This document shows positions 24,736 to 34,211 of a DNA stretch of 49,176 nt, one piece after another. A program made the position numbers and the translations under genes. The DNA is taken from assembly GCA_963748825.1 (NCBI GenBank), contig CAVVKN010000024.1, positions 1 through 49,176 on the forward strand, in the 5' to 3' direction. The notes under the pieces are model-generated. The model ran no database searches. It was not told where the DNA came from and saw only the letters and a list, made by a program, of their open reading frames with translations. The number at the start of each line of letters is the position of its first letter. The first letter of the stretch is position 1. The DNA is from Methanotrichaceae archaeon. GTDB taxonomy: Archaea > Halobacteriota > Methanosarcinia > Methanotrichales > Methanotrichaceae.

Positions 24736-24810
24736 GCCGCCGTGGCTTAGCCCGGTTAAAGCGGCTGATTCGTAATCAGCAGTTCATGGGTTCGAATCCC
24801 ATCGGCGGCT
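24736..24810 (+). tRNA. tRNA-Thr(CGT), CCA not encoded
   Basis: Acceptor stem GCCGCCG/CGGCGGC; anticodon arm GCTGA-TTCGTAA-TCAGC; T loop GGTTCGAATCC. Confidence 0.96.
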
Positions 24811-24829
24811 TTTATATTTTCGTATAAAT

Positions 24830-25489
24830 TCATTTCAGCTTCACATCAACCTCAGAGGGGCAGACGATGATCTGCACCGGCTCTATGATGATATTGGAGG
24901 TGGCCACAGCGCTTCCCCCTTGCATAGTGTTTATGGCGCTGACTGATATGTCATGAACATCTACGCTCAGATAATTTCCGGCATGATGTATATCACTATT
25001 ATCAAGTTCTCGGCCACCAATGCTATCTTCTTGCCACTCCATTTTGGCGACCTTATCTACGGATTTATCATTCCCTTTGCCACTCACACTTATATCCTGG
25101 GAGTTTACCAGTCCCTGATAGTCTGGATCCCCATTCTGGGAGTCCCTGTAAAGCAAATCCCTCTGTTTTAAGGAGTTTATTGCAGACAGATCACGCACAT
25201 CTGCCGTTGAATTGGAGCTATCCATCAATATCTCTTCCTTCTTGGAGGATGTCGAGATAGAACCGGAAAGATCGGGGCGCAAAGACAGAGTCTCTCGGCT
25301 AGACCAAGGAAAATAGATGGTATCCACGCCGACTTTGAGCATGCCCAAGTCAGAATGGTGATGCTCTTGTAATTTATTAAGTTGTTCCAGGCCATTTAAC
25401 TGCGGCTCAGCTAACGCTGGAGTCAAGAAGATGCAAATAAAGAGGATTCCCACTAACATCAGGCTAGTGGGTTTGGTCGATACCTTCAT
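24830..25489 (-). CDS. Hypothetical secreted protein
   Basis: Signal peptide ending TPALA; C-terminal beta-rich segment (VDVHDISVSAINT...SAVATSNIIIEPVQ); GAGGA RBS. Confidence 0.7.
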   Translation of the reverse strand: MKVSTKPTSLMLVGILFICIFLTPALAEPQLNGLEQLNKLQEHHHSDLGMLKVGVDTIYFPWSSRETLSLRPDLSGSISTSSKKEEILMDSSNSTADVRDLSAINSLKQRDLLYRDSQNGDPDYQGLVNSQDISVSGKGNDKSVDKVAKMEWQEDSIGGRELDNSDIHHAGNYLSVDVHDISVSAINTMQGGSAVATSNIIIEPVQIIVCPSEVDVKLK

Positions 25490-25517
25490 TTCAGTCCTCT
25501 CAGATCGGAGACGTTAA

Positions 25518-25983
25518 TTACTGCTGATTGGCTACGATCTTAACGTTGTTAGTGGCGGAAGCAAATCCGAAAGCCATGGCCTCCCTATTTCCCACATTGA
25601 TCTGATCGATATTCACCTTGATGCAGGAGTCCATACAACCATCAACAAGTTCCCCCGTATCCGGATCCTCTACCTGGCAAGGAGTGCATACACCGGAATC
25701 CTGATTCTTCTTGATCTCCAGGTTGTTCGTAGCACTGGCTACAGGAGTCTTCTGCCAAATGTTCCCAAATGCCAGTGCCTTATCATTTCCCACCGTCAGA
25801 GTATCCATGTTTGTATCCTGAGCCTTCCGGGAAATTGAAGGCCGATCCCTCCGTCTCAAATATTCCTCCATTTCCTTCTCGTCCAAGGATATCCACACCG
25901 CCGTTGCCAGCTATTCCCTGCGCCAGTACCGGAACTGAGAGCATGGCCATAGCCAATACCAATACAATGCCTATTTTTTTGAT
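25518..25983 (-). CDS. Hypothetical secreted protein; apparent frameshift at about 25825; start codon uncertain
   Basis: Upstream frame IKKIGIVLVLAMAMLSVPVLAQGIAGNGGVDILG... (signal peptide) joins the ORF-track frame AQDTNMDTLTVGNDKALAFG...ATNNVKIVANQQ. Confidence 0.6.
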
Positions 25984-26289
25984 AATCTCACCCCATACAT
26001 TCTTTAATATAGACGGATGTTAGCATTAATAGTATTTATATTTTTTGGTAAGACATACAAACAGAGGTATGACCAACAGTACATAAGCCTCCAAATATTA
26101 CCAAAATGTCATGGTTTATTGCAGCCAAAAATAAATAGATAGCACCTATTATCAGTATTACTATATATCTAAAACATATATTTAAATCAATAAGATATTA
26201 TGATTATAAAACCTGCAAATAAGTATATCTGCCGAGAGAATTTAGGCAGCGAAAAATACGCTTAAATTTAAATATTAATAGAGTATAAA

Positions 26290-27882
26290 TCAGGCATCGG
26301 AGAAGATCAGCTTGCGTACCTTCATGGTTGCCAGATCGACAATGGGCACAACCGCGGCCACAGGCTGGATATTCATCTTCTTCTGAAAATCAGTCTGAGA
26401 CTGCCAGGTTCCGCTATTGATCACAGCTACCCCCTTGTACCTGGCAATCCCTACGGTGTGGACGTGTCCACAATGCAATATGGCCGGTGGCCGAGAGATA
26501 ACATAATGGTCTTCATGCTCGGGCGCTATGGAGACGCGACCGCCGTAAATTGGTGCGAGATGCCGCCTTCTCAGCATCTCGATCATGGCCTTCTCCGGCG
26601 CGGCGTAAGAGATGCCGGGCAGGCGCAAGACCAGATCGTCAATGCTTCGACCATGGTAGATCAAGACCGATACCCCGCTTAAGGTCACCCAGGCGGGATT
26701 GCCCACAAAGAGCATGTCTTTTCGGAAATAACTCTGCACATCCTCAGGAAGAGAGGGCTGGGGCTCTGCCTGACGCACGATATCGTGATTGCCGGGAGCA
26801 ATGATCACTTTTATGCCCTTTCGTATGCCGTTGAGCCACTCTGCCGCGGCTTCGTACTGGGCATATATATCCATGATGGCCAGATCGTTCTGTTGGCCAG
26901 GATAGATGCCTATCCCGTCCACCAGATCTCCGGCAATCACTATGTACTGCACCTGAGAGGCGAGGCCGGAAGGATCGTCTACTTCACCATTCAGCCACTG
27001 CAAAAATCTCTGCCAGGCATCGGCCATGAAGTATTTGCTTCCCACATGCAGATCGGAGAGGAGCAGAGCACACCCGCTTCCATTCTCCAGAGGAGCTGTT
27101 TGATTGGGCATATCCGGCCAGAGCAGAGACTTGACAAAAAGCCTTCCATTGCCATCGGAAATGCCTGTGACGCCTATGACTTCGTCAGTTATAATGAGAC
27201 CAGACTGCTCGTAGACCTCAGCATCCTTTTGAATGACGGCAATTATCATGCCGGTAGGATCCTCCAGCTCGATTACACGATTGCCTTTGGCGGTGTTTTT
27301 AACATCCATGACCATGCCGATGAGAGACACCTCTCGACCGGTTGTGCTCTTGCCCAGGGATTCTATGGGCCGGGAGTTGAGCCGTCGAGAGAGAATCTCC
27401 CTGATTTTTGAGTATCTATCGCGAAAATAGTGCACGAAATCGTCGTAATCGCCTACACATGTAGACCGACCGGTTATGTCGCATTTCAGTTCGGCAGACG
27501 AATCCTGCAAGCATGAAAACGATGAGGAAGGCAGTGGAGACGGGAGGAGTGGAGACGGGAGGAGCGAAGGCGGGAGGAGCGAAGGCGGGGAAGGCGAGAG
27601 GGAAGGCAAGGATCGCGAGGAGGGCACATGCTTTGCGAAGGAAGAGCTTTTTGCAGCGGCAAAATCAAGATGACATGAAACCAGGGAGGTTCCAATTACT
27701 GCCACAGATCTATCCGTGCTGTTGATGATGCGCCGCAGCAGCTCCTCTTTGCTGCCGGGATAGCGGCAGATGATCTCCAGGGCCTCCGGCTCCAATTGAT
27801 AACCCTGCTCGGCAAACCTCTGCACTATCTCTCGGTCGGCCGTTTTGCTCTGGGGCTTGCGACGGGGTGATATCTGCTGCAT
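26290..27882 (-). CDS. polB: DNA polymerase D small (proofreading exonuclease) subunit DP1
   Basis: YFRDRY, OB fold LEDPTG, calcineurin-like SDLHVGS, AGDLVDGIGIYPGQ, PGNHD, YHGRS, RRHLAP, GHVH, NSGTWQ. Confidence 0.95.
   Translation of the reverse strand: MQQISPRRKPQSKTADREIVQRFAEQGYQLEPEALEIICRYPGSKEELLRRIINSTDRSVAVIGTSLVSCHLDFAAAKSSSFAKHVPSSRSLPSLSPSPPSLLPPSLLPSPLLPSPLPSSSFSCLQDSSAELKCDITGRSTCVGDYDDFVHYFRDRYSKIREILSRRLNSRPIESLGKSTTGREVSLIGMVMDVKNTAKGNRVIELEDPTGMIIAVIQKDAEVYEQSGLIITDEVIGVTGISDGNGRLFVKSLLWPDMPNQTAPLENGSGCALLLSDLHVGSKYFMADAWQRFLQWLNGEVDDPSGLASQVQYIVIAGDLVDGIGIYPGQQNDLAIMDIYAQYEAAAEWLNGIRKGIKVIIAPGNHDIVRQAEPQPSLPEDVQSYFRKDMLFVGNPAWVTLSGVSVLIYHGRSIDDLVLRLPGISYAAPEKAMIEMLRRRHLAPIYGGRVSIAPEHEDHYVISRPPAILHCGHVHTVGIARYKGVAVINSGTWQSQTDFQKKMNIQPVAAVVPIVDLATMKVRKLIFSDA
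27533..27592. repeat. 4 x 15-bp tandem repeat in the DP1 linker (Pro/Ser/Leu-rich)
   Basis: AGTGGAGACGGGAGG x2, AGCGAAGGCGGGAGG, AGCGAAGGCGGGGAA. Confidence 0.8.
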
Positions 27883-27920
27883 CGAAAGGAGTATAAGAGC
27901 CTACCAACTGATAAATCTGG

Positions 27921-28688
27921 TTGATGAAGATCGCAGAGTGGTTTGACAATTTGCCTCTTCCGGGCCTGGTCAAGGACATAATTTTCGTGGTTGTGGTAGT
28001 GGGTGGCATATCCCTGTTATCTCAACTGTTATTGGGCCTCTGGACGCCTATGGTTGCCGTGGAGTCGGGAAGCATGGTGCCCAACCTCAATATTGGAGAC
28101 ATTGTAGTAGTTCAGGGGGCATCGCGCACGGATGTGATTCCCTGGGATGAAGCTGAGAAGACCGGCTATAAAGCCTTCAACAACCCGGGAGATGTCATAC
28201 TCTACAGGCCCTATGGCAAGGCTAGCCTGAATCTGCTGGACCAGTTCAAAATGCTTCTTGGATTTGCTCCCGGCAAAGAGAAGGCCACGCCCATCATTCA
28301 CCGCGCCCTGCATTATGTGAAGGCAGGAGAGCCCATGTGGGAAGGCGGCCCTGCCGCACCCTTCTCCGGATATATCACTAAAGGAGACCACAATGAGGTG
28401 ATCGACCAGATGGCGGGTCAGATCTTCGGCACGGCCAATACATCCTATGTCGAGACTAACCGGGGCGAGATTATGGATGTAGGCAGTGATGTATACCTGG
28501 ATAAGAAGACGGGCCTGCTCATTTACAAGACCGCGAATGGTACCTTTGTGGGCGAAGGTATCAGCTTCCTGACGCCAGTAAAGGAGGAATGGGTCATTGG
28601 AGTGGCAAGGGCCAAGATCCCGCTAGTAGGCTACGTAAGGCTTCTGCCCAACATCATCTTCGATGAGATTAAGAAGCTCATCAGCTAG
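27921..28688 (+). CDS. Signal peptidase I, S26B/Sec11 type
   Basis: TM helix then VESGSMVPNLNIGD, GDVILY, PIIHRA, ITKGDHN, IPLVGY. Confidence 0.92.
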   Translation: MMKIAEWFDNLPLPGLVKDIIFVVVVVGGISLLSQLLLGLWTPMVAVESGSMVPNLNIGDIVVVQGASRTDVIPWDEAEKTGYKAFNNPGDVILYRPYGKASLNLLDQFKMLLGFAPGKEKATPIIHRALHYVKAGEPMWEGGPAAPFSGYITKGDHNEVIDQMAGQIFGTANTSYVETNRGEIMDVGSDVYLDKKTGLLIYKTANGTFVGEGISFLTPVKEEWVIGVARAKIPLVGYVRLLPNIIFDEIKKLIS

Positions 28689-29340
28689 GCTTTTTGGCCT
28701 GCATGGCAAAATGGTCATGGTGAAAGGGCAGAAGATCCATGACCTGCAAGAGATTCAGCCCTTGCATATTTTTCATCTCTGCCTGAAGAACTGCCTGCGG
28801 GCTGGCAGTAGCATCCACCGAACGCGTCTTGAGCATGAGAATGAGATCGCCGCCGGGCTTAAGGTAGCGAGCGCAGTTTCTGGAAGCAATCTCAGCCTGA
28901 TTTCGCTGAGCTACGTCCTGATAGACCAGGTCTACTGACTCGACAAGAAAAGCATACTCTTCGGGCATGGCTGCGTCAGCGAGGATGGGCACTATGTTTT
29001 TGCGCCTCTCGCAAAGCCGGACTAAATCGCGCATGGAGCGAGGCGAGAACTCCACAGCATAGACCAGTCCATCGCGAACGATATCACTGACGTGGCTGAC
29101 TGTGGTGCCCGTGGCTGCCCCCAGATAGAGGACCATAGCATCGCGTGCCAGTACGGGCCGCGTGCTGCGACCCTTGAGCAAGAGGGCGGCGAGCTTGGAG
29201 CGAAAGGGGTCCCAGAGCCGGTAGCCTTCCAGGATGCGTTCCCCATAAACGGGCACGAGGTCATCTGATCTGGTGGCCAGTCTCTTTTGCCCATCCACCT
29301 CTAAGATAAAGACTCCAGGTGAAATTTCCTCGGGAGGCAT
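28681..29340 (-). CDS. flpA: Fibrillarin-like rRNA/tRNA 2'-O-methyltransferase
   Basis: VYGE, WDPFRSKLAA, LYLGAATGTTVSHVSD, YAVEFS, NIVPILADA, YQDVAQ. Confidence 0.96.
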   Translation of the reverse strand: MPPEEISPGVFILEVDGQKRLATRSDDLVPVYGERILEGYRLWDPFRSKLAALLLKGRSTRPVLARDAMVLYLGAATGTTVSHVSDIVRDGLVYAVEFSPRSMRDLVRLCERRKNIVPILADAAMPEEYAFLVESVDLVYQDVAQRNQAEIASRNCARYLKPGGDLILMLKTRSVDATASPQAVLQAEMKNMQGLNLLQVMDLLPFHHDHFAMQAKKPS

Positions 29341-29354
29341 GGATATTTTGGCCT

Positions 29355-29777
29355 CTAGAGCTCTTTGCCCATGGAGGTCGTGGTGAGTTTGACGTGCTTT
29401 ACGCCCTTTAGAGACATCATCTTCTCGGCGGCCTTTCTCACATCCTGACCCTCGCCCCGCAGGACGATAACCTCCAGGCAGTTTTCGTGGTCCAAATGCA
29501 CATGCAGGCTGGACTGGATAATGCCTCCCGCTTCATGCTGAATCTCCGTCAGGTTCTCCGCCAGCCCGCGTTGACCATGAGAATACACAAGAGAGATTAC
29601 GCCCACCCTCTCGCCCTGCACATCGCTCATCCACTCGTAATGGACGATGTAGTTTCTGATGGCATCTCTGATGCCCTCCGAACGCGAGGAGTAGCCGCGG
29701 TGCAAGATTATCTCATCAAACCGGGAGAGCAGCTTCTCCGGCAGCGAAACGCCGATCCTCATTAATTCTTGGTCCAT
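29355..29777 (-). CDS. nikR: Nickel-responsive regulator NikR
   Basis: RIGVSLP ribbon-helix-helix, RGYSSRSEGIRDAIR, HVHLDHENCLEV. Confidence 0.95.
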   Translation of the reverse strand: MDQELMRIGVSLPEKLLSRFDEIILHRGYSSRSEGIRDAIRNYIVHYEWMSDVQGERVGVISLVYSHGQRGLAENLTEIQHEAGGIIQSSLHVHLDHENCLEVIVLRGEGQDVRKAAEKMMSLKGVKHVKLTTTSMGKEL

Positions 29778-29908
29778 ATATAATCGCGATCAATATGTCG
29801 GTGTTATTTAGTAATAAACTTAATGGAGAAAAATGTCAAGAACCAGGCAGTAACGGATCTGACGAACCAGAAAGGTTTTCCATAGGCACGTCAACAAACG
29901 ATAGTATT

Positions 29909-30469
29909 ATGTCAGATATCGCTATCATCGGCGAGAGGACCTTTCTCTATGAAAAGCTCTTTGCAGATTTAGGAGTAAGCTTTCAGTTTCTTTCGCCCGG
30001 CATTCTGGGCAGCCCCTTTTTGCCGAGATTTAAGATGATCATGATTCCCACGGGCTTTGCCAATCCGGAGTACTCCAAGACTCTGCCGGCACTGCGAAGG
30101 GTAAAGTCGAATATATCCGACTTTGTGAAGAATGGAGGCGTGCTGACCGTCTTCGGCCCGATGGTCCCCGAGCACGACTACGAATGGCTGCCCGTGCCGC
30201 TCCGCTATGTCTGCGAGCTATCCTCCCGGAGCGTTGCCGCCTCCGAACACGAGTGCTCCTGCTTGCTTTGCACCAGCACGCCGGAATGTGACGGCTACCT
30301 GATTCCAGGCGAGGGCTTTGAGACCGTTTTGAAGGACGAGAAAGACAGAGCCATCCTGGTCAGGGCAAGTTTTGGAGAAGGGCTGATCGTAGCCACCTCG
30401 GTGCATGAATTTCCTGCCGCCGAGTACATAAAGTGGGCCTTAAGCCAGGCGAGACCAGCCAAGCTTTGA
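29909..30469 (+). CDS. Conserved hypothetical protein (possible class I glutamine amidotransferase-like fold)
   Basis: IMIPTGF, FVKNGGVLTVFG, GEGLIVATSVHE; ATG 29909 more likely than 29795. Confidence 0.65.
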   Translation: MSDIAIIGERTFLYEKLFADLGVSFQFLSPGILGSPFLPRFKMIMIPTGFANPEYSKTLPALRRVKSNISDFVKNGGVLTVFGPMVPEHDYEWLPVPLRYVCELSSRSVAASEHECSCLLCTSTPECDGYLIPGEGFETVLKDEKDRAILVRASFGEGLIVATSVHEFPAAEYIKWALSQARPAKL

Positions 30470-30473
30470 GGAG

Positions 30474-30722
30474 ATGATAGTCATGCAAGAAGAAATGCCC
30501 ATGAATGAAGAGATGCCCATAAAAAAGAAGAGCTTGCTACGTGAAGAGATCGAGAGCTTGCTACGCGAGAAGGGAATTACGCTGGAAAAGCGGATAACGG
30601 TCATGAGCCTGGATACTGGAGAGTCCTATTACTTCAATGATTATCCAGAGGCCCTGCATTTTCTCAAAGAAAAAAAAGGCCGGTGGTATCTGACAACGCC
30701 TGGAATCAGATATCAAATATAG
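30474..30722 (+). CDS. Small hypothetical protein
   Basis: GAGGAG RBS; follows the upstream gene by 4 nt. Confidence 0.55.
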   Translation: MIVMQEEMPMNEEMPIKKKSLLREEIESLLREKGITLEKRITVMSLDTGESYYFNDYPEALHFLKEKKGRWYLTTPGIRYQI

Positions 30723-31582
30723 TACAATGCAATCTTCGATCGCCTCAAGATTAAGACAGGCCTGCTGGCGGAATTGGCCACATCATAAGCGGTGCTTCCG
30801 ATCCGTCCCTTCTTTATGGCCACTGCCCCCTGAGAGCTAATAGCAATAAGAGAGACATCCTGCATCTCTGCTTCATAGCGAATGGCCTCCACGGGATGTC
30901 CCACTACCACCTGGGCTTTGACATTCATCCCTTCCTTGCTTAGTTCCGAGAATAGCTCATTGATCTTCTCCCTGGCCAGGGCAACGTTGGCCTCAATCTC
31001 TTCCTCCGTCTCGCCTTTGGAGACTACATTGAGAAGCAAAAGCTCGCCAATTCCGGGCAAGCCCTTCAAGAAGGAGAGAGCAGCCTCGGCAGGTTGAGAG
31101 AAGTCGGTGGGAAAGAGCACCTTGGCAAAGATTTTTTCGCAATGCTCTTTTCGGTCGGCGCCCTCCAGATCCCTATAGCGCATGATCAAAAGGTGCGTAT
31201 TTCCATAACGCAGGACATTTCGGGAGGCACTTCCCAAAAGTACGCTCTTAATGAGACCCTTTCCCCGCGCCCCCATGGCCACGAGGGTGACCTTCTCATC
31301 CTCAGCCACCCTCTGGATGGCACTTGCCACCTCTCCCTCCAGAACAGTCACGGCCTTCACTTTGACGCTCACCCCAGGAACCTTAAAGGCGCTCTTCATC
31401 TCAGTAAGCCTCTTCTCAGCCACTTTGATCTCGGCCACAGGATCCCAAAATCTGGTAATAGCTGGCCGGGCCACAACGTTCAAGAGCATAACCTCTTCTA
31501 CTCCAGGAATTACGCCAACGCACTCGATGACCTTTTCCGCATTATTTGAAAAATCAGTGGGAATCAGGACCTTTTCGAACAT
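30713..31582 (-). CDS. Universal stress protein (two USP domains)
   Basis: KVLIPTDFS...MGARG..LLGSAS; second KVLFPTDFS...IGSTA..V.....RPVLI. Confidence 0.93.
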   Translation of the reverse strand: MFEKVLIPTDFSNNAEKVIECVGVIPGVEEVMLLNVVARPAITRFWDPVAEIKVAEKRLTEMKSAFKVPGVSVKVKAVTVLEGEVASAIQRVAEDEKVTLVAMGARGKGLIKSVLLGSASRNVLRYGNTHLLIMRYRDLEGADRKEHCEKIFAKVLFPTDFSQPAEAALSFLKGLPGIGELLLLNVVSKGETEEEIEANVALAREKINELFSELSKEGMNVKAQVVVGHPVEAIRYEAEMQDVSLIAISSQGAVAIKKGRIGSTAYDVANSASRPVLILRRSKIALYYI

Positions 31583-31669
31583 GAGAGATCACCAAAGGAT
31601 AATATATCATGCCCATAATATTTTAAACTATTCTACAGGGTTTCACTCAGGCACATAAGCAAATCAAAA

Positions 31670-32635
31670 TTAAAAAAGAGGGGTCCCAAAGGACTGCTCC
31701 TCTACTTCCATCAGCTCTCTCCAGGTCGACTTGCACTTGCAGTCCAAGCTCTGGAACGGCGCGACGTCCTGGGAGAGAGCGTGCGTCCGAATGGCCTCGG
31801 CTACGGCATCATCACACTCTCCGCAGTTATGCGGGCCGCGCCTGGTTCCAGCGCCTACGGGATCGCAGACGATGGGGCCCGGCACGCTTTTTAGCACCTC
31901 CAGGGCCGACCAGAGCCAGGGAGGCCGAAACTCGCCTCGCTCCCACATGCGCTCCACCACAGTATTGCGCTGCACATTGCAGAGGTTGAGAGATAGAATA
32001 TCCGCGTGGTCGCGGGCCGCCCGAGCAGAGGCTATGGCGTCTCTCATAGCCAGGCCTTCAGAAAGCAGGGGGGGCTTTAGCAGCAGGTAGGCCTTGACTC
32101 GCCCGCCCTGCCTGTGCACGGCTTCGGAGGCATCGGCAAAGTCCTGGAAGGTGAAGCCCTTGCGGATGGCGTTCTCCCGGATGAGGTCGCTCGCCGTCTC
32201 CAGACCAATGGCAAATTCGGTAGGCAGATGAGTGAGGCATATCTCAACCGTCTGGGGCGTTACATACTCGGGACGGGTCTCTATGACCAGCTTCTTGATT
32301 CCCAGTGCCTCTAGCCTTTTTAAGATCTCATCGCGAGCCTCCACCGGCATCTCGGCGCTGTCCAGGAAGCTGCCGCTGGTGTAGATCTTGACCATCGAGA
32401 CATCTGGAGAGGACCTCTCCATGGCGCATTCGAACTGGGCGATCAGGTCCTGAGCTGTGGCCGGCGCTCCCTCGCTGGCATAGCCGCACATGGTGCAGCG
32501 GTTCCAGCGACAGCCCACTGTGCGCAGGATCATGGTCAGGGATTCGGCTGGCCGACCGTTCTGGAGGTCCTGCGAGCGCCAGGTGGTAACGGGCCTTCTC
32601 AGATCCAGCACTCTTTCCACTCTTGCTCTTGCCAT
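31670..32635 (-). CDS. Archaeosine biosynthesis radical SAM protein RaSEA (TIGR01210)
   Basis: LRTVGCRWNRCTMCGY, KIYTSGSFLD, ETRPE, IGLET, KAYLLLKP, PPWLWS, RGPHNCGECD. Confidence 0.9.
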   Translation of the reverse strand: MARARVERVLDLRRPVTTWRSQDLQNGRPAESLTMILRTVGCRWNRCTMCGYASEGAPATAQDLIAQFECAMERSSPDVSMVKIYTSGSFLDSAEMPVEARDEILKRLEALGIKKLVIETRPEYVTPQTVEICLTHLPTEFAIGLETASDLIRENAIRKGFTFQDFADASEAVHRQGGRVKAYLLLKPPLLSEGLAMRDAIASARAARDHADILSLNLCNVQRNTVVERMWERGEFRPPWLWSALEVLKSVPGPIVCDPVGAGTRRGPHNCGECDDAVAEAIRTHALSQDVAPFQSLDCKCKSTWRELMEVEEQSFGTPLF

Positions 32636-32639
32636 TTTC

Positions 32640-33539
32640 TTATCCCAAATACTGCAGGGCGCTGATTCCTGCCGATGCGCCTGTGCCTACGGCAGTGGCC
32701 ACCTGCAGCCTTCCGCCTGTCAGGTCTCCGGCAGCGAAGACTCCCGGCAGGCTCGTCTCCTGATTGAGCCGGTTGACCTTTACGTAGCCGCCGGGCGTCA
32801 TCTCCAGGCCCAGCGCTGCTGCCAAATCGGTGTTGGGCTTCATGCCCATCTCCACGAAGACGCCGTCCGCCTTCAGGGAGCGTGGGGTGTTGCCTACCTT
32901 ATACTCCACGCTGGAGACGAACTGGTCTCCCAGGATCTCCGTGACCTCCGCTCCGAAGGAAGCGGTGTAGTTGGACAGCTTCTTGATACGGTCCAGATAA
33001 ACCGGCTCGGCCACCAGCTTCTCTCGCGAGGAGAGCAGATGCACCTTGTCGGCGATGTTGGCTAAGTAGAGAATAGCCCTGGCAGCGCCGTTGCCGTAGC
33101 CCACCACGGCCACCGCCTTGTTACGAAAGAGCGCCCCATCACAGTGCACGCAATAGGACACGCCCCGTGCCGTCAGCTCCTTCTCACCAGGAACGCCTAT
33201 GGCGCGGTGGCTGGCGCCCATGGCCAGAATGATGGCTTTGGCCTCGTACTGCCAGTTCTCCGTCTTGAGACGGAAGGAATCGCGCAGAGGCACGATCTTC
33301 TCCACCTGATCCGTCTGGTTTTCCGCCCCGAACTTCTGGGCCTGGGCCAGCATCCTCTCTGAGAGCTCTATGCCCTGAATGCCATCCGGAAAGCCGGGGT
33401 AGTTTTCATAGAGGCCGCCCATGGACTGCTGTGAGCTGTAGATATTGCCCAAAACCAGCGTCTTCTTTCCGCCTCTCGCGCAGTACATGGCAGCGGTCAG
33501 CCCAGCCGGGCCTGCTCCTACTATGACGACATCATGCAA
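32640..33539 (-). CDS. trxB: Thioredoxin-disulfide reductase
   Basis: GAGPAGLTAA, ENYPGF, GVSYCVHCDG (CxxC), TSLPGVFAAGD. Confidence 0.92.
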   Translation of the reverse strand: MHDVVIVGAGPAGLTAAMYCARGGKKTLVLGNIYSSQQSMGGLYENYPGFPDGIQGIELSERMLAQAQKFGAENQTDQVEKIVPLRDSFRLKTENWQYEAKAIILAMGASHRAIGVPGEKELTARGVSYCVHCDGALFRNKAVAVVGYGNGAARAILYLANIADKVHLLSSREKLVAEPVYLDRIKKLSNYTASFGAEVTEILGDQFVSSVEYKVGNTPRSLKADGVFVEMGMKPNTDLAAALGLEMTPGGYVKVNRLNQETSLPGVFAAGDLTGGRLQVATAVGTGASAGISALQYLG

Positions 33540-33679
33540 GCGAATATCACCATAAAGAAGCCCCCTTCAAGGTAGATAAAGGGTATGTAGCCCGAGAGGA
33601 CGGCGCGAGGCGAGGCTTTTTACCCGCAATGTTTTTAGACTAGAAGGTGATTGTAGGGGATGCTTCGTGAAACACGATA

Positions 33680-33751
33680 GCGCCGATAGTGTAGCGGTTA
33701 TCACTAGGCGTTGCCAACGCCTAAACTCGGGTTCGATTCCCGATCGGCGCA
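33680..33751 (+). tRNA. tRNA-Gly(GCC), CCA not encoded
   Basis: Acceptor stem GCGCCGA/TCGGCGC; anticodon arm AGGCG-TTGCCAA-CGCCT; GGTTCGATTCC. Confidence 0.96.
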
Positions 33752-34211
33752 TTTCGAAATTAAGTTGGTCAATAATATTTTTTTATTTCCGACTTTTTAA
33801 TAGATCTATATGTCTTAATATAAGCGAAATAGCGGCTTTGTCCCACTCAGCAAGCTAATGTGTATTACGTTAAAAACCAGATATGATGAAACTCATAATG
33901 CACGTTATATCAACGCGTTGATATGTCTAACGTCATAGTCGATAGAACTTCGATAGATGTGCCATAGAACTACTTTACCATGGTATAATATGTCCATCTC
34001 GGAGGTGTCCCTCGTCGTTGAAGTTTTTTGCTGTTCACCATTTTCTTAAGAAGCCTTCCAGCCTGAGGACTCGTTCGCCCGCATCACTCCATTACATGCC
34101 TCCCTTCTATACATCCATGGGCTCCCAAATACTCCAATATCAGCAAGTCGGGCGTGCAATGGAAGACCTTCCCTTGCACACCAGTTTTTTCCGCTTTAAC
34201 CTCCTACCAAA

